From Rhizodiscina lignyota (Eukaryota), in the NCBI GenBank assembly GCA_010015805.1, contig ML978133.1:124001-188000 (forward strand): DNA of 64,000 nt, written 5' to 3'. Numbering within the stretch: position 1 is the first letter of the stretch; the number at the start of each line of letters is the position of its first letter. Under the pieces are notes generated by a model. That model was not told the origin of the DNA. It made no database searches and saw only the letters and a list, made by a program, of their open reading frames with translations. The translations under genes and the position numbers were made by a program. Positions 11,896-23,952 of this stretch are shown in pieces.

Positions 11896-13559
11896 ATGTC
11901 TTCGCAAGAAGATCTCCAAGGCTCTGGCTCGAACTTCCTCGATGAAATGTTTCCAGACGGACCCCCACAACACCTTCTTGGAGGAGGAGCAGCAACAACT
12001 CCTCCTACAGCTCCACCATCGCCTGACGTGCCATCGAACTGGATCTTGCATACTGTCGACAACCCGCTGTTTCCTCCCTTAAGTGCCATCCCAGATGCTA
12101 TCCGTCAAGTGCGCGACATGTCGATTGACGTCTCCGACGCTGTGGAGCATCACGCCAAGATGCTTCAAGATATCCTATCAGCGCAGCAGAAGAGCGGGAG
12201 CACCACGCGCTCGTCCTCTGCTGATTCCTCGACGGATCTGACTGCTGAAGGTGTTCGACTTGAAGCGAAAGAAGATGGAGAGATCATGGCGGACGTCCAG
12301 TCCGCCCGACCAGTCTCGGCAGATTCAGCTCTCGCAAGCCTGAACAAGTCTGTCGAGAAGCTCCTGCGCAACCAGGTGCTTATGCTGAACGATATGAAGA
12401 AGCTCCAGTCTCGCCAGGAAGCGTTCGAGAAGAACGTGACGACTACGAAGAACAAGCTCGAACAGAAGACCCGCCAACTCGAGATCAAGCTAGACTTCCT
12501 GGGCAGAGACCACAATGACCGCTACCTCAAGAACATTCACGAAGTCGTCATGGGCCATGTCAACTTTGCCGGCCATTCGGCCGACATTGCCGCGCTGTGG
12601 GAGGGCCTTGCGAAGCTCGAGCAAGCACAAGGCATCAAAGTTGGTAACCTCAATAACCCGCTTGCGTCGCAGAACAAGCGTCTTTTGAATGTATTTCACC
12701 CTGCATTTCTACTTTCCCATCGAGTCTTTTCTCGCTAATGAATGCGCAGATCAACCTCAACCACGCGCACTGGTGGCGCTCGAAGATCCTAAACACGACA
12801 CATTTCCAGTCTTACTTCCAAGAACAGCATGTTAGACAGGCGCTCGTTTCTCTCGATGGTATTGCCGCTGCCCTTGGGGGCGTCCAGCCCAAGCGCGATC
12901 CGAATGGCCAAGAAGCCGACCACCCGGTCGGAGGACTCTTGCGCGACAGCCTCTACAAGTGCGCCAGTATTGTCTCGCGCGGCCTCCATGCCGTGCTTAG
13001 CACAAGCAACTTCGGCTTCCTACGTGGTGACCAAGGTCTCTCTAGAGGCCGATCTGCTTCTGCAGAGCGCTCTACTCGTATGGACGTGGAGCCTCAGCCA
13101 GGCACCAAGCGTACTTCCGATACGGCGTCGCGTGATGTGTTCGAGCGCGAGGCGTTTGGCCGTCAGATGACGCTGGTGAAGCGCCCGCGCATCACCCCTA
13201 CTCCGGAGAGCAGTCGTGAGCGCACCATGCATGGTGCGCGTCTTAGCGCCGTCCGCGCTGCACCTCGCCGTCACGAAGCTGGCGAGGGAGACTACTATCG
13301 GCCACGAATCGGCGATCGAATCGATCGAAATGCTCGTGTGGAGAGGGAGCCTCGAAATGCACCCCCTCCCCCGACGACGCGTCCGTCGCGTGAGCTTCCG
13401 GCTACGAAGCCCGAAAGCTCTGGTGGTAGTGGTGAGAGGAGGCCGAGGTCGCGCACTCCTCGTGGAGTGACTGGATCGACGAAACCAGTGGTCAAGTTCC
13501 CGCCACAGGCGTACCCTGAACCTCAGGCGACATTCGAGAAGACGAATTTGATGAAGTGA
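11896..13559 (+). CDS. Hypothetical protein (~534 aa), central coiled coil and basic disordered C-terminus (intron 12691-12749)
   Basis: Two long ORFs joined in phase 0 by GTATTT...GCTAAT...GCAG; coding-like codon usage; no recognised domain. Confidence 0.7.
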
Positions 13560-14104
13560 GAGGTGATAGTCTATCATCCACGATTAACGGCGTTCTGGTT
13601 TGCATCTATGCTTCTGAGGGGAATTTGCGAACGATCGCATGGAAGATAAGAGCAGTGAAGAGATGAGTTACCACGACGGAATGGGAAAACATGGCATATC
13701 CATTGCTCTATTTGAACCTTCGTAGGTTCATCTCGAGTGGTGGTTTCAATTTTGCTCCAAAAACTGGGAGATGCTTTCGGACGGAGTTATTTCATCAATG
13801 ATACACCTGTATCATTACAACGGGTAGCCCAGAAGATCGATTTTGTTACAAAAAGTTTGCTTCGCTCCTCGAAGCCTCAAAACATCGACTCTTCTACTCA
13901 TTCTCTCTCTCATCGTTCGCTCTTAGGAGCACAAGAACACATCTGGCGCCGTTGTTGAGTTCCTCAGCCTCGGCGCCCAACCGCTCTACTCCGTCACGAG
14001 GAGTAGGCAAACTCCTGCCAAAGGAGCAGTCCCACGAGACAAAGTCCTTCTAGGAGGGGAAGTTCTTGGGCGACATGGCCACATCGAACATGCTCAACGC
14101 TCCA

Positions 14105-15498
14105 TTACAATCGCTTCAAGCCCTTCCTCGCGCCAAAAGCGCCGCTGTTATACCGCTTCAAACAACCTCCAGCAGCCTTGAACCTCCTCTCCTCCAGCTT
14201 CATCCTCTTTGCACGCTCCGGCGTCTTTTCTGAACCTCCGGCCTCGTGCGAGGGCGAGACCTGCCAGCTCAGCCAGGAGGGCGATGAGCATCTCTGCCTC
14301 TGAGCCTCAGGCTGGATGTGCGCATGCGTATGCACTGGTGACCTCTCGGGCATTCCAGCCTTGGAGACAGGGATGTTAAATTGGATCGTTGATGTCAGAC
14401 TCGTCAGCGCGCAATTCGTACCGATTTCCTGTGGCGACGATTGGCCGAGCTGAGAAGCGATTGCTGCGTTGGACGTGCCAAAATTGCGTACCGGGGCTGC
14501 GAACGTAGTGGACGGATCGGCTGATCCAGCGGCCGATCCAGCGGCCGGATTGTCCGGTAAAGCTGTGAGTAGAGACGGTTTCTGCCCAGCTGCGGCAGGC
14601 GCATTGATTGCACTCTTTCCTGCTGCTGCGCTGGTGAGATTGAGTTCCGGCTCGTGGATTGTGATGCCCAGGATGTTGTCTGTGCTTGTGGCAAGTGGTG
14701 CAGGCGTTTTCGGCCGAGTTGACGAATCGTCGTCGATCTTGCTAATAGTAGGCTTGCTTTGTGCCTGATTGCTATTTTCGGATGCCTCTGCCTGCTCCAA
14801 TGCTTCGACTTCATGGAGTAGTCTTCGCTTGCCTCTGGTTCGGCGTTCAGTTATGGTAGCTCCTACATCTGTAGGCGAAGGTTTGTCCGGATCTGCGGCG
14901 TCTTGCCGTGCCTCTCCTCTCCGTCTCGCCTCCTCAACTGCACTCGCAAGATCCCTTGAGCAGCGTGCGTGGATGTTTACCAACGTCCGCGCCCTCTTCT
15001 CGAAAGCCGCGAAGTCGCCTTCGCACAATCTGCCGGCCTCTGCATTTAGAGCGCTGGCTGGATTAGGACTGATTAACAGGCAGCTGATGACCACTAATAT
15101 GTCCCTAAGCCGCAGATCCGACTTCCAGTCCCGCTTCAGTGTGTCTACGCACACTGATCCCGTGCCGGGATCGACGTTGGGGTGGAATATCTTGGTTTTG
15201 AAGGTAGCGGTAGGTGGAGCGCTGGGATAGGTAGGTGGAATGGACAGTGTGAGCGTGAAGACGCCAGACGAGAATGGTGTGCCCTCTGGGCCTGCCAGTA
15301 GCACTGAGAGGGAGGTAAGGTCATCGCAGCACGACGAATTGCTCGAATTCGATGGTGGCCATAGGAAATTGGGCGGTAAACCGGCTGTGTGGAGGTTGGA
15401 GTGGTCCGCTGCTAAACGGCGCAAGGACTTAGAGTTCTAGAAATTACTCGAAATGTAAGTGAATTTTCCTCTAGTCTTCAGATTCTCAGATGTACCAT
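14105..15498 (-). CDS. Ubiquitin-conjugating enzyme E2, UBE2S-like (ATG-only first coding exon; intron 15437-15495)
   Basis: M|NSKSLRRLAADH; GPEGTPF..G.F; HPNVDPGTGSVCVDTLKRDW with catalytic Cys; PNPASALNAEAG; basic C-terminus ..RKGLKRL as in UBE2S. Confidence 0.9.
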
Positions 15499-15596
15499 TT
15501 TTTGTGTGCAATGCTCGAAAAATCATGAATAGTGCAGTAGTTTGTGGAGAATTGCGTCTACAAACAGTGGCAAAGTTAGCGCTTGTGGGAGACGTG

Positions 15597-15642
15597 ACGC
15601 GACTGCCACGCGACGCGACGCGACGCGTTTTTAGTGACGTCA
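15597..15642. promoter_or_regulatory. MCB-like ACGCG array plus palindromic TGACGTCA site upstream of the UBE2S-like gene
   Basis: (ACGCG)4 at 15608-15627 ending in ACGCGT, another ACGCG at 15597, TGACGTCA at 15635-15642; about 100-145 bp upstream of the ATG. Confidence 0.6.
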
Positions 15643-16641
15643 AACCTCGGCGTCGACCCTCAACATTCCGTTCTCAAAATCACCTGCAACCTCTTCAGGT
15701 ACTTGACCATAACTCGAACTGGAATTTGCTACTGCTTCTGGGTTAGGAAGAATCCTAACGACGTCGCGTGATTTTCCGTCAGTGATTACTCAAGACTTCG
15801 CAATTGGACAAATTAGTCTACAAGGTACAAACATGGCATTTCTTTATTTGGCTGGCTGTAGTACAATCAAGTTTGGATTAAAAATCAGGTAATTGGTAAA
15901 ATGCACCCATGGAACTTCGTTATTTGGTTTGTTATAGCTAATGTAAATTAGGGTTTTGCAATGGTTAAGCACGGTAATGATGCCGTGGGATTGAACCAAA
16001 AAGTTACACGGAGACCTCAGAGGCTTCCGAACTAAAATCTTATTCTGGAATATGGTTTAGTCTTATTACAATATCTTCTTCTAGTCGTAGCTTCTGCCAG
16101 GTTGACAACTCATCATTACTAGCAGAGACTTCCCAAAACAGCACTATTTGACACCGCCGTACTGTAGAAATTGGCTCAGTAGGTACTGCGCTGAGGTGTA
16201 AAACTACTCTAGATTTTGGTATTATCTTGCCTACGCTGCCATTCATAGCTAGATACTCGTCGCGGGGATAGCGAGCCCGAAGATCTCAGCGGTGCTAAGT
16301 ATGTAAATACTGACTGAATTCAGGTAAGTGCTTATGTATATTGCGCACGCTATAGCCTACGCCACTCTCAGCACAGTACCTTCTGGGCCAAGTCCAGCGG
16401 TATTGTAAGCTTGGCATGTATCGCAACCCCCATTAATTCAATTTTCGCTTGTATCTAAAGACACTGCTGGATGTGTCTTCCAGCGGGTCCGAGTAATACG
16501 CCATTGCCTTTGCCCTGCGTTAACTATTCCAGGTTGTTGTTCTTTCGAGTCAGATAAACATCATCAGCACCATCAGCCCGACTCTCCGGTCCTCCATCAA
16601 GTCAACCCCAATTCTCCGTTCAACGATCAGAAATCTACATC

Positions 16642-17586
16642 TTAGAACAGACGCATCAGGGTCGCTGTGTAACTGCTCTCAATCTGTCCAAGCGGCCGTA
16701 TCGTTTCCTCCATCTTGTCCAACAGGTGAGCCGTTGCTAATACATAGGGACGCAAGGATTCGGAATCTCTTACAGTCTGCAATCGCGCGTGTGCAAGTGC
16801 TCCGTTCGTAAACCCACAATATAGAACCACTGTTTCCGGATCTTCTCTCGACGGAGCGGCAGCGGCGAATGTAACATCGGCATCACCGAGACGCATTGAT
16901 GAAAAGACAGAATACAACTCAGCTTGCTTGTCAACCGGCGTTTTGACGACGATCACAGCATATACGGCTGCGGCTGGAGTTCGCTCTGCTCCTCCGTCGA
17001 GGATGATGTGATGACTGGGCTCGTCAGAATGCAATACTTTGACAAGTTCGCAGCTCTTGCCTAAAGACTACGTACCAGGTGAATTTTGGATCTTTCTCGT
17101 CTATCAGTTCTGCAAATGCCGGCTTGACAGACTGGTATTGCTCTCCTAAGCCAAGTATCAGCGTCTCATCAGGAAGTTTAAGCCTGCAGCCATGGCCTTG
17201 AGGCGTCTTCCAGAACAATGCATACCGGGCTCAAACTCATCCTTCTCTTCGGCAGATGTCCAGTCCCCAACCAGGACGCTGATATCTGCCTCCCCAGCTT
17301 TCGAGCCTATCAGGAGCTGTCTCGAAACTGGGAACTTGAAAATGATTCCCGCGATGGATTCAAATACTTCGTTATACTGTAATGCATCTGCTTGAGCGTA
17401 TGTTCACATACTGTTCAAGCCATTGGCAGACAGCCGAAATGTGAAAGGCTATCGGTAGACTCATAGGAAGTGAAGACGACGGGCACTTACCCGTTCGGTC
17501 GTGATTGCACTCCGCTTGAATGTGGCCACTTCAGTCAACCGTCCTGGGCCATGATCTGCTGTATGCAGAAACGGAAAAGTCATCAT
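16642..17586 (-). CDS. Multi-exon hypothetical protein, possibly dimeric alpha+beta barrel (ABM-like)
   Basis: Manual splicing: MMTFPF...LTEVATFKRSAITTER|YNEVFESIAG...LVGDWTSAEEKDEF..|EQYQSVKPAF...|HIILDGG...; donors GTAAGT (17490), GTATGC, GTACGT. TEVAxF and WxSxE..F patterns resemble fungal ABM-like proteins. Confidence 0.5.
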
Positions 17587-18443
17587 CTAGTTTCTTAAGT
17601 GAAAGGAGTAGAGCTTTGTATCTGTCAAATGAATGGGACATCGCGACCATGAGAAGTCGGTCGTCCCATTTAGGAAAAGCTCGGTCAGGAATTCTGAGAT
17701 ACTTTTGCAGACCTCCCAGCAGCCATAGTTCGCATTTCGCAATGCAATAGAGCTGTAGGATTCAAAATCCACCTATGAACAATCCAGACGAGCATTCTAA
17801 TCCCGGGAGAGCTTCCAAGCCCCTGTAGAGACCCCTTGGGCAGTCGGCATCTCGGAAGGCCTCGGCGCGGGTCGGACCGCATGTTATGTAGTGATGTCAC
17901 GCACAAATCGGACCGTTTATCGAGTCAGTCAGATCTCAAGCATCACGCTAATCTCCACGCTATTTTGATTGCCCTGTAGCTTCGTGCAAGTGCGGGAGCG
18001 CGGGAAGAAAGTCTGGGGTAGCGCAGAAAGTTTATTTGGATCACATTTTCCCCAGAGCAGCAGTGGTGATACGTAGGGCAAGGATTGTGGGGTATTATCC
18101 AGGAGCCCGGTCGCTCGGATTGCGGGATATCTCTTCTCATGTTTGGGACGCTGGGATCAGGAAAAGCTTTCCCAGTGAAGAAGAGAGGTCGAAGAAGGGA
18201 ATGGAGGAGATGATGTATCGTAGTTTCCGGGACAGAGCGGAGTGAGCCAGTGTAAATATGTACGATAAAGAATGAATTGTATTAATATTCTTGCACGGAA
18301 TGTGTGTCTTCGTGCTTCAGAACCTCAAACTCGGAAAGGATATCACTAAAAAAAACATTGATAGAGAATCCAAGCCACCAATAATCGCTTCAGAAGGAAG
18401 CTTTCGTTTAATCCATGGCGTCTGTGAAACTCAGACCCGCAAT

Positions 18444-20488
18444 CTACACAGTAGCGCCCTTCCATTCGTCCGAATTGGTGCTAACCTGTTCGGCAGTCGC
18501 AGTCGTCTCGCCTTTCACAATGCTGGTCTCCCCCTTCACGATTTCTCCCCCAACTTCAACCTCGAGCACATTGCCTGCCGCGGCTCTGCGCGCCTTGATC
18601 GCGCTCTGGAAGTGCCTGCAGCTCGTATGATTGTTGAACAGATAATCCATCTCCTCGAAGCTCAAGCCCTTCGTCTCGGGGATGTAGAAGTAGAACAGAA
18701 CACACAGCGGTACGCCCATGCCGAAGAAGACGAAGCCGACCTTGGCCCCGAGGTTGCCAGCGTCGGGGTTGATCATGTAGGGTGAGATGAAGCCGATGAC
18801 CCAACCGACAATAAGTTGAGCGAGGAGGACAACAGTTTGCGCGGCCGGGCGGAGGGGAAGTGTAGAAATTTCTGAGGCGAGGGCAAAACCACAGGCGCCG
18901 ACTGTGAGTTGGTATGCGATTGCCCTGATGTCATGTCAGTTAATTGACGCTCGATGATTCGATCAGAATGTGACAATGAAAGGAGTCTTTCATACCAGAG
19001 GAAGATGCAGACCAGGATGACCCAGATGGCAGCTGAGCTTGTAAGGCAGCCCATGATACCCATAACAAGTAAGGTAACGGTGAGACAGAAAATGCCAGGG
19101 ACAAGGAGCGTGCGGCGGCCGACGCTCTCAGCAAAGACGAAGGCGCTAAGGTTGGAGAGAAGCATGATAATGTATAGGACAACAGACACAGTGAAGTAGT
19201 CGTTGACTTTGAGGAGAGAAAGGAAGTACGTGATGTATCCTGACATGATGGTTAGCGTGATGTCTCGTCAGTAATACTCGGAGAATTACTCACCGAGCAC
19301 GAATGCAGCTCCAATAAATTGTTGGCCTGCAACTGGAAGGACGGCAATCATTGTACGTTTCTGCATCAGAATTAGTATGACGCAAACAACATGCCCGAAT
19401 ATATACTAACGAGATTAGTGCCCTGGAACACTTGTAATAATGGAGGTCCCTTTGCCATTGCTGCTCGCTGAAGCTCCTCGCTAAACTCGACTTGTGCCGC
19501 GAGCCTCTTCATCTCTGCATCAATCAAAGACTGATCATGCCCGCCATGAACGTGAATCAGTGCCTTGCGCGCCGCATCGTCTTTTCCTATCTTGATCAGA
19601 TAGTAAGGTGACTCTGGGAAGAATGGATAGATGACAAGCAAAATGGCTACGTGTTTTGTCAGCTCGAGTCCAATTTTGCAATTCTCAGGCTCATAGTTTT
19701 GTCTCGCATACCGCAGAATACGAATTGCAGAACAAGTATTAGCTCATAAGACCATTTCCCTTGGATCTTCGATGTTCCTTGCGCAACACATCTGTAAACA
19801 AGTTAATGTCATATCTGCGACGGTCTCAGGAAACGCAACTTACGAAAGGAGGAATTGAGCGAAGACAATTGAACCATTCATAAGGCAGAGAAAGAAGCCA
19901 CGCAGCTCCGGCCGGACATTCTCACCAATCCAAATTGGCGAAGTGAGAAATACGAGGAAAAAGCCGCAACCTGCAAATCATTAGCTTGGATCAAAGCAAT
20001 GTTGACCTCATTTGCCTCACCATTGACAATGCGTCCACCCAAGAACAGCTTCCATTCGTGGCTCCCGACTTGCATAGCAATGCCAACAGCCGTAACAACC
20101 GCACCACCCCCGAAGAGATGTTTACGGCCGATTTTCTCAACAAGCCAGCCGGCAAGCAGAGCACCTACAAGTCCTCCGGCGCTCGTTGCTGCAGACCAAC
20201 CAGATTGCCAGCGAGCAGGAACCAAGTAGCCTGAAGGAGCAGAAGGCCAAGGAATTCCGAATTGTTCCTGGAAGGCTGGATATGCCGTTGCAGTGCCCGC
20301 AGTACCATAATCGAACCCTACAGACACTTGGTAAGTTTGTATTGGCTATGGAATTGCAATTTCCGCGTACCCAGCATCATCGAGCCCACCGAGCTATACA
20401 GAGCCCAGAGGGCGAAGCGGCTCTGCTTCAACAGGATCCGCCATTTGTTCTGAGGCTGCACCTCCTCCCAATTCGGAGTGAATCCCAT
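18444..20488 (-). CDS. MFS sugar porter (alpha-glucoside/maltose permease-like), multi-exon
   Basis: [59 protein letters not shown] motifs; multiple hydrophobic segments; canonical introns. Confidence 0.93.
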
Positions 20489-21689
20489 GCTAATGCACTC
20501 AGCCGCTCTAGCAAGCAGCGTTGGTGAAGATGAGTCGCGGGAGCGATTGACAGCAACTCAAGGAGCTGAAGAAGAGAATTCGGCTACAGGACAAAGTGGA
20601 GATAAGGAATTACCGCGCTGTTAATGAAATAAACAACTCCTCTCCTACCTGACAGGTATATCTGCAAGGGCGGTAGCCTACGGAGTCGAGGTGAGAGAAC
20701 GTGTGTATCCTGACCCTAACTCGCCGGCATTGCAGGAGGAGTGCGGCGTTGGAGGCGTGCTGGACATGGCTCGCGAGGAGCGGGCCGATTGGTCTGTTGC
20801 GGGGGAGTTCCGGGGGCGTGGTCACGGTGAAGAGAAGGCGTTCGCGGACGAGGTTGTTGGGCACGGGTGGGCTCCGGCGGCTCCAGTGGGAGGCGGCTTG
20901 AGGGCAATTGCTGCCACGCCCGGAGGGGATGATCGCTGCAAGTCAGATGGGACGGGTCTTGGCGCGATTGCTTTCATGTGCTGCTGCTAGGCCAGAACAG
21001 CGCGCGCAGAGCCAGATTCACGCGCGCTCTGCAAGTGCCGGCCAGCTTGGGACGCAAGGAGTCGACCAACCGGGCGAGGCGCGGCGCCAGGGCTTGAACT
21101 ACAGGCGGCGGGGAAGTCGGGAAGACAATGCACGGGCACGCGCTTAGCGGTATCGGGCCAGCGCGCTAGCCGCATACGGCTGGGATCCGCTGGCGCCCCA
21201 TGCATCGGGCCTGGGCTGCCGTCTGCTGGGCACCGCAGACGTCGTCGCATCGAGCTCTCTTCCACCCACTCCCCTCCATCTCGCACCGCAGCCTAACTCT
21301 TTCTAATTCTCTGCTCCCCGTCCGCTGTCAAATAATCTCTTGATAACACGGAGTGTCGGTGCTGGTCGGCTACAAAAGCTGCTCTCCCTCCCATTCCGTT
21401 CACTCCCAGCTTGGACCTCGTTATTGCTTGCCCCATTGTTCTAGGATGCGCTGCCGCGAATTGAGCGCTGCAAAGGCTGGGCTAGAAGTGATCTGGTAAC
21501 GCTCTTTCCACTTTCTGCTAAATTCCTCCTTCCAATCCTCGGCATTGTCGACCCGGCGCTTACTTCGGCTAGACGCACACCATCGAGACCGCCATCATCA
21601 ATAGGCTCTCCACGAGCCATTGAGGAGCAGGACCTGGAGGGTGACGATGCTGATTCGAATTTCGAGCACGCAGCACCTCGCCACCCCTC

Positions 21690-23925
21690 ATGGATCCTCA
21701 TGCCGGTGACACCGCAAGCGGCAATAAACGACGGCGCACGGAAGAGACGCTCCCTGTAGAAGAGCCGCAGCCGCAAGCAGCCAGCCCGGATCCGGCCAAT
21801 TACCCGCGAAAGCGCGTTTCGGTGGCATGCGAAATCTGTCGTGTACGCAAAACTCGCTGCGATGCGAAGCGGCCAAGTTGCTCGTTCTGCGAGAGTGTTG
21901 GTGGGGTTTGCACATACCGCAAGCCCAGCGGGGTCATTGCCAATCTCATGACAAGGTGAGCGCCTAGGTTATGTGCCCTTTCAACATCCCAGTTTCTCAT
22001 GCAGTGCGGACGTCTAATTCCTATGCATGACGGGAACACATCCGCTTTGACATGGGCTCTCCGACTCGACCAATCGCGCGGTTGACGGGTAAACTTCACC
22101 GTCTCCATGCTGCTGGTTCTTGGGACGTCCCTTGGACGGGCCGAGCCTGTGGCGTGCTTCTCGCTTCAATTCTGTGCTTGTCTGCAGCTTCCTCATGTTC
22201 ACAGTGCAATCTGACGTGTGCAAAGAGCGAAACAGGGAGAGAAGTTTCAAAACCTGCAATCTCGAATCGATCAACTCGAGCATGCACTTTCAACCTCTAA
22301 AATCGTACCGTCGCCCACTCTCGATGGAGCCGCCACTAGTGTTGCGTCCTCCACTCCACGCTCTCCAGGAACAATCCAAGGATATAGTCCTCCAGTGGCC
22401 CAATCAATCGAGGTCCCTCCAAGAAAGTCCTCTGTAGTCGCAGAGGTTCGAAATGTCAACGTGTCGTTACCAACAATTGGCCTGTCTCTTTCCATATCTC
22501 ATCTCGGGCACCTGGCTGGACAACCTTCCCCTCTGGCATTCAGGTCACTCGAATACGATGACAGCGAGGAGTTTATTGAGTCTGAGCTGCACCAAGAGGA
22601 GCTGATCTACAGCTGTGGCGATCCGACGCGTGTCGATCTGTCAATAAGATCGTGCTGGGCCTACCAGCAAGCCTTTGTCAAGAACATATTACCGTGGTTC
22701 CCTCTCTTTAGCCAAGATGTATGTGCCCACCATGTTACTGTAGCCCAAGAGAACCACTTCAGTCCTGCTTGTCCTAGCACTTCCCTTGCACTCTACATAC
22801 TCGCTTTAGGTGCGTTTTCGAGAGCGGACCAGATATATGGCGATGATCCCCGGGAGTTTCCAGGCTTGGACTATTTTGCGGCGGCGAGGAACATACCGGA
22901 GCGGAGCGGAATTAAGCACGCAATTGAAATGGTCCAAACCCAGATTCTGCGCACGTGAGTTGTCCAGCGTTCAGCTAGCTTGTGATCCCACTCTAACGTC
23001 ATTCAGAATGTATTTATGCCTCTGCATGAGACCGCTAGCCGCCGCAAACTCCATTATGTCGGCAAGTCGGTTGATGGTGTCGTTACTGCACCTGAAGAGG
23101 CATCTGCACAATGATCCTTATTTCAAGGCCGCATGCCACCGAGCATATTGGACCTGCTTCATACTAGAAAAGGAGCTTCTGCCGTACTCAGGAGGCTGCA
23201 CGGCCGGCTTCGTGGAGCTTCATGAGATTATCTCGCTCCCCCGGCCCGGCCATGATGAGCCGGGCATGCTATGGATGCTGAGCGCGATCGCGCTCCGCCG
23301 CATCTTCGCCAACATCTCCGGAACCGAATCGGATCCTGACTGGCAGCCAATCATTATGAACGAGCTGAACGCACAATTAGCGAAGTGGTACGATGCCCTT
23401 CCACCAGCCATCAGATTCACTTTGGGCTCTAGTGCACCAGTTCTCGATCCACAGAAAGCGTTCCTGAGGGCCCAGTACTACTCTGTTTGTTTTGTCTCCT
23501 ACTGGTCTCCAGTTGTGCGGTTCTTTTCAGCACCACCCGAAAACGAGGAACAAAGCAAATATCTCATTGAAAGCTCCACGAAGTGCTTGCAACTCGCCAT
23601 GATGTACATTAATGCCATGGAAAGCTCCATACTCGACCGGCATGTCTTGCTCTTTGCAAACTTGATAGGGTACTCGCTTTCTCTTTTTATCAAGATGCCT
23701 GGGCGCAGAGAGACTGATTCTTGAGATAGGACATTTGCCGTAACGTCGGTGCTGGTATGCGTTTATGGAACCCCGGAAGTAGCTCTGCTTGGCATAGACC
23801 TCACGGAGACGATTCAGAAGGCTTATAGACTCATGTCTCTGTGGGCTGCGAACCCGAACGTAGGAGCAAAAATACGCAGGATGGAGCTATTGATGAACGA
23901 GAAAGGCATCCCTCGCATGCACTAA
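21690..23925 (+). CDS. Zn(II)2Cys6 transcription factor (introns ~21956-22225, ~22956-23007, ~23670-23729)
   Basis: YPRKRVSVACEICRVRKTRCDAKRPSCSFCESVGGVC; middle homology region HRAYWTCFILEKEL, QLAKWYDALP, FLRAQYY. Confidence 0.9.
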
Positions 23926-23952
23926 GATGGTTCGAAGATGCACGGATATTGA

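Noticed and set aside
14105..14120. C-terminal KRL of the E2 as PTS1
   Set aside because: It matches the conserved basic UBE2S tail that binds the APC/C.
16040..16246. 68-aa minus-strand ORF in AT-richer DNA
   Set aside because: No recognisable motif or supporting gene structure.
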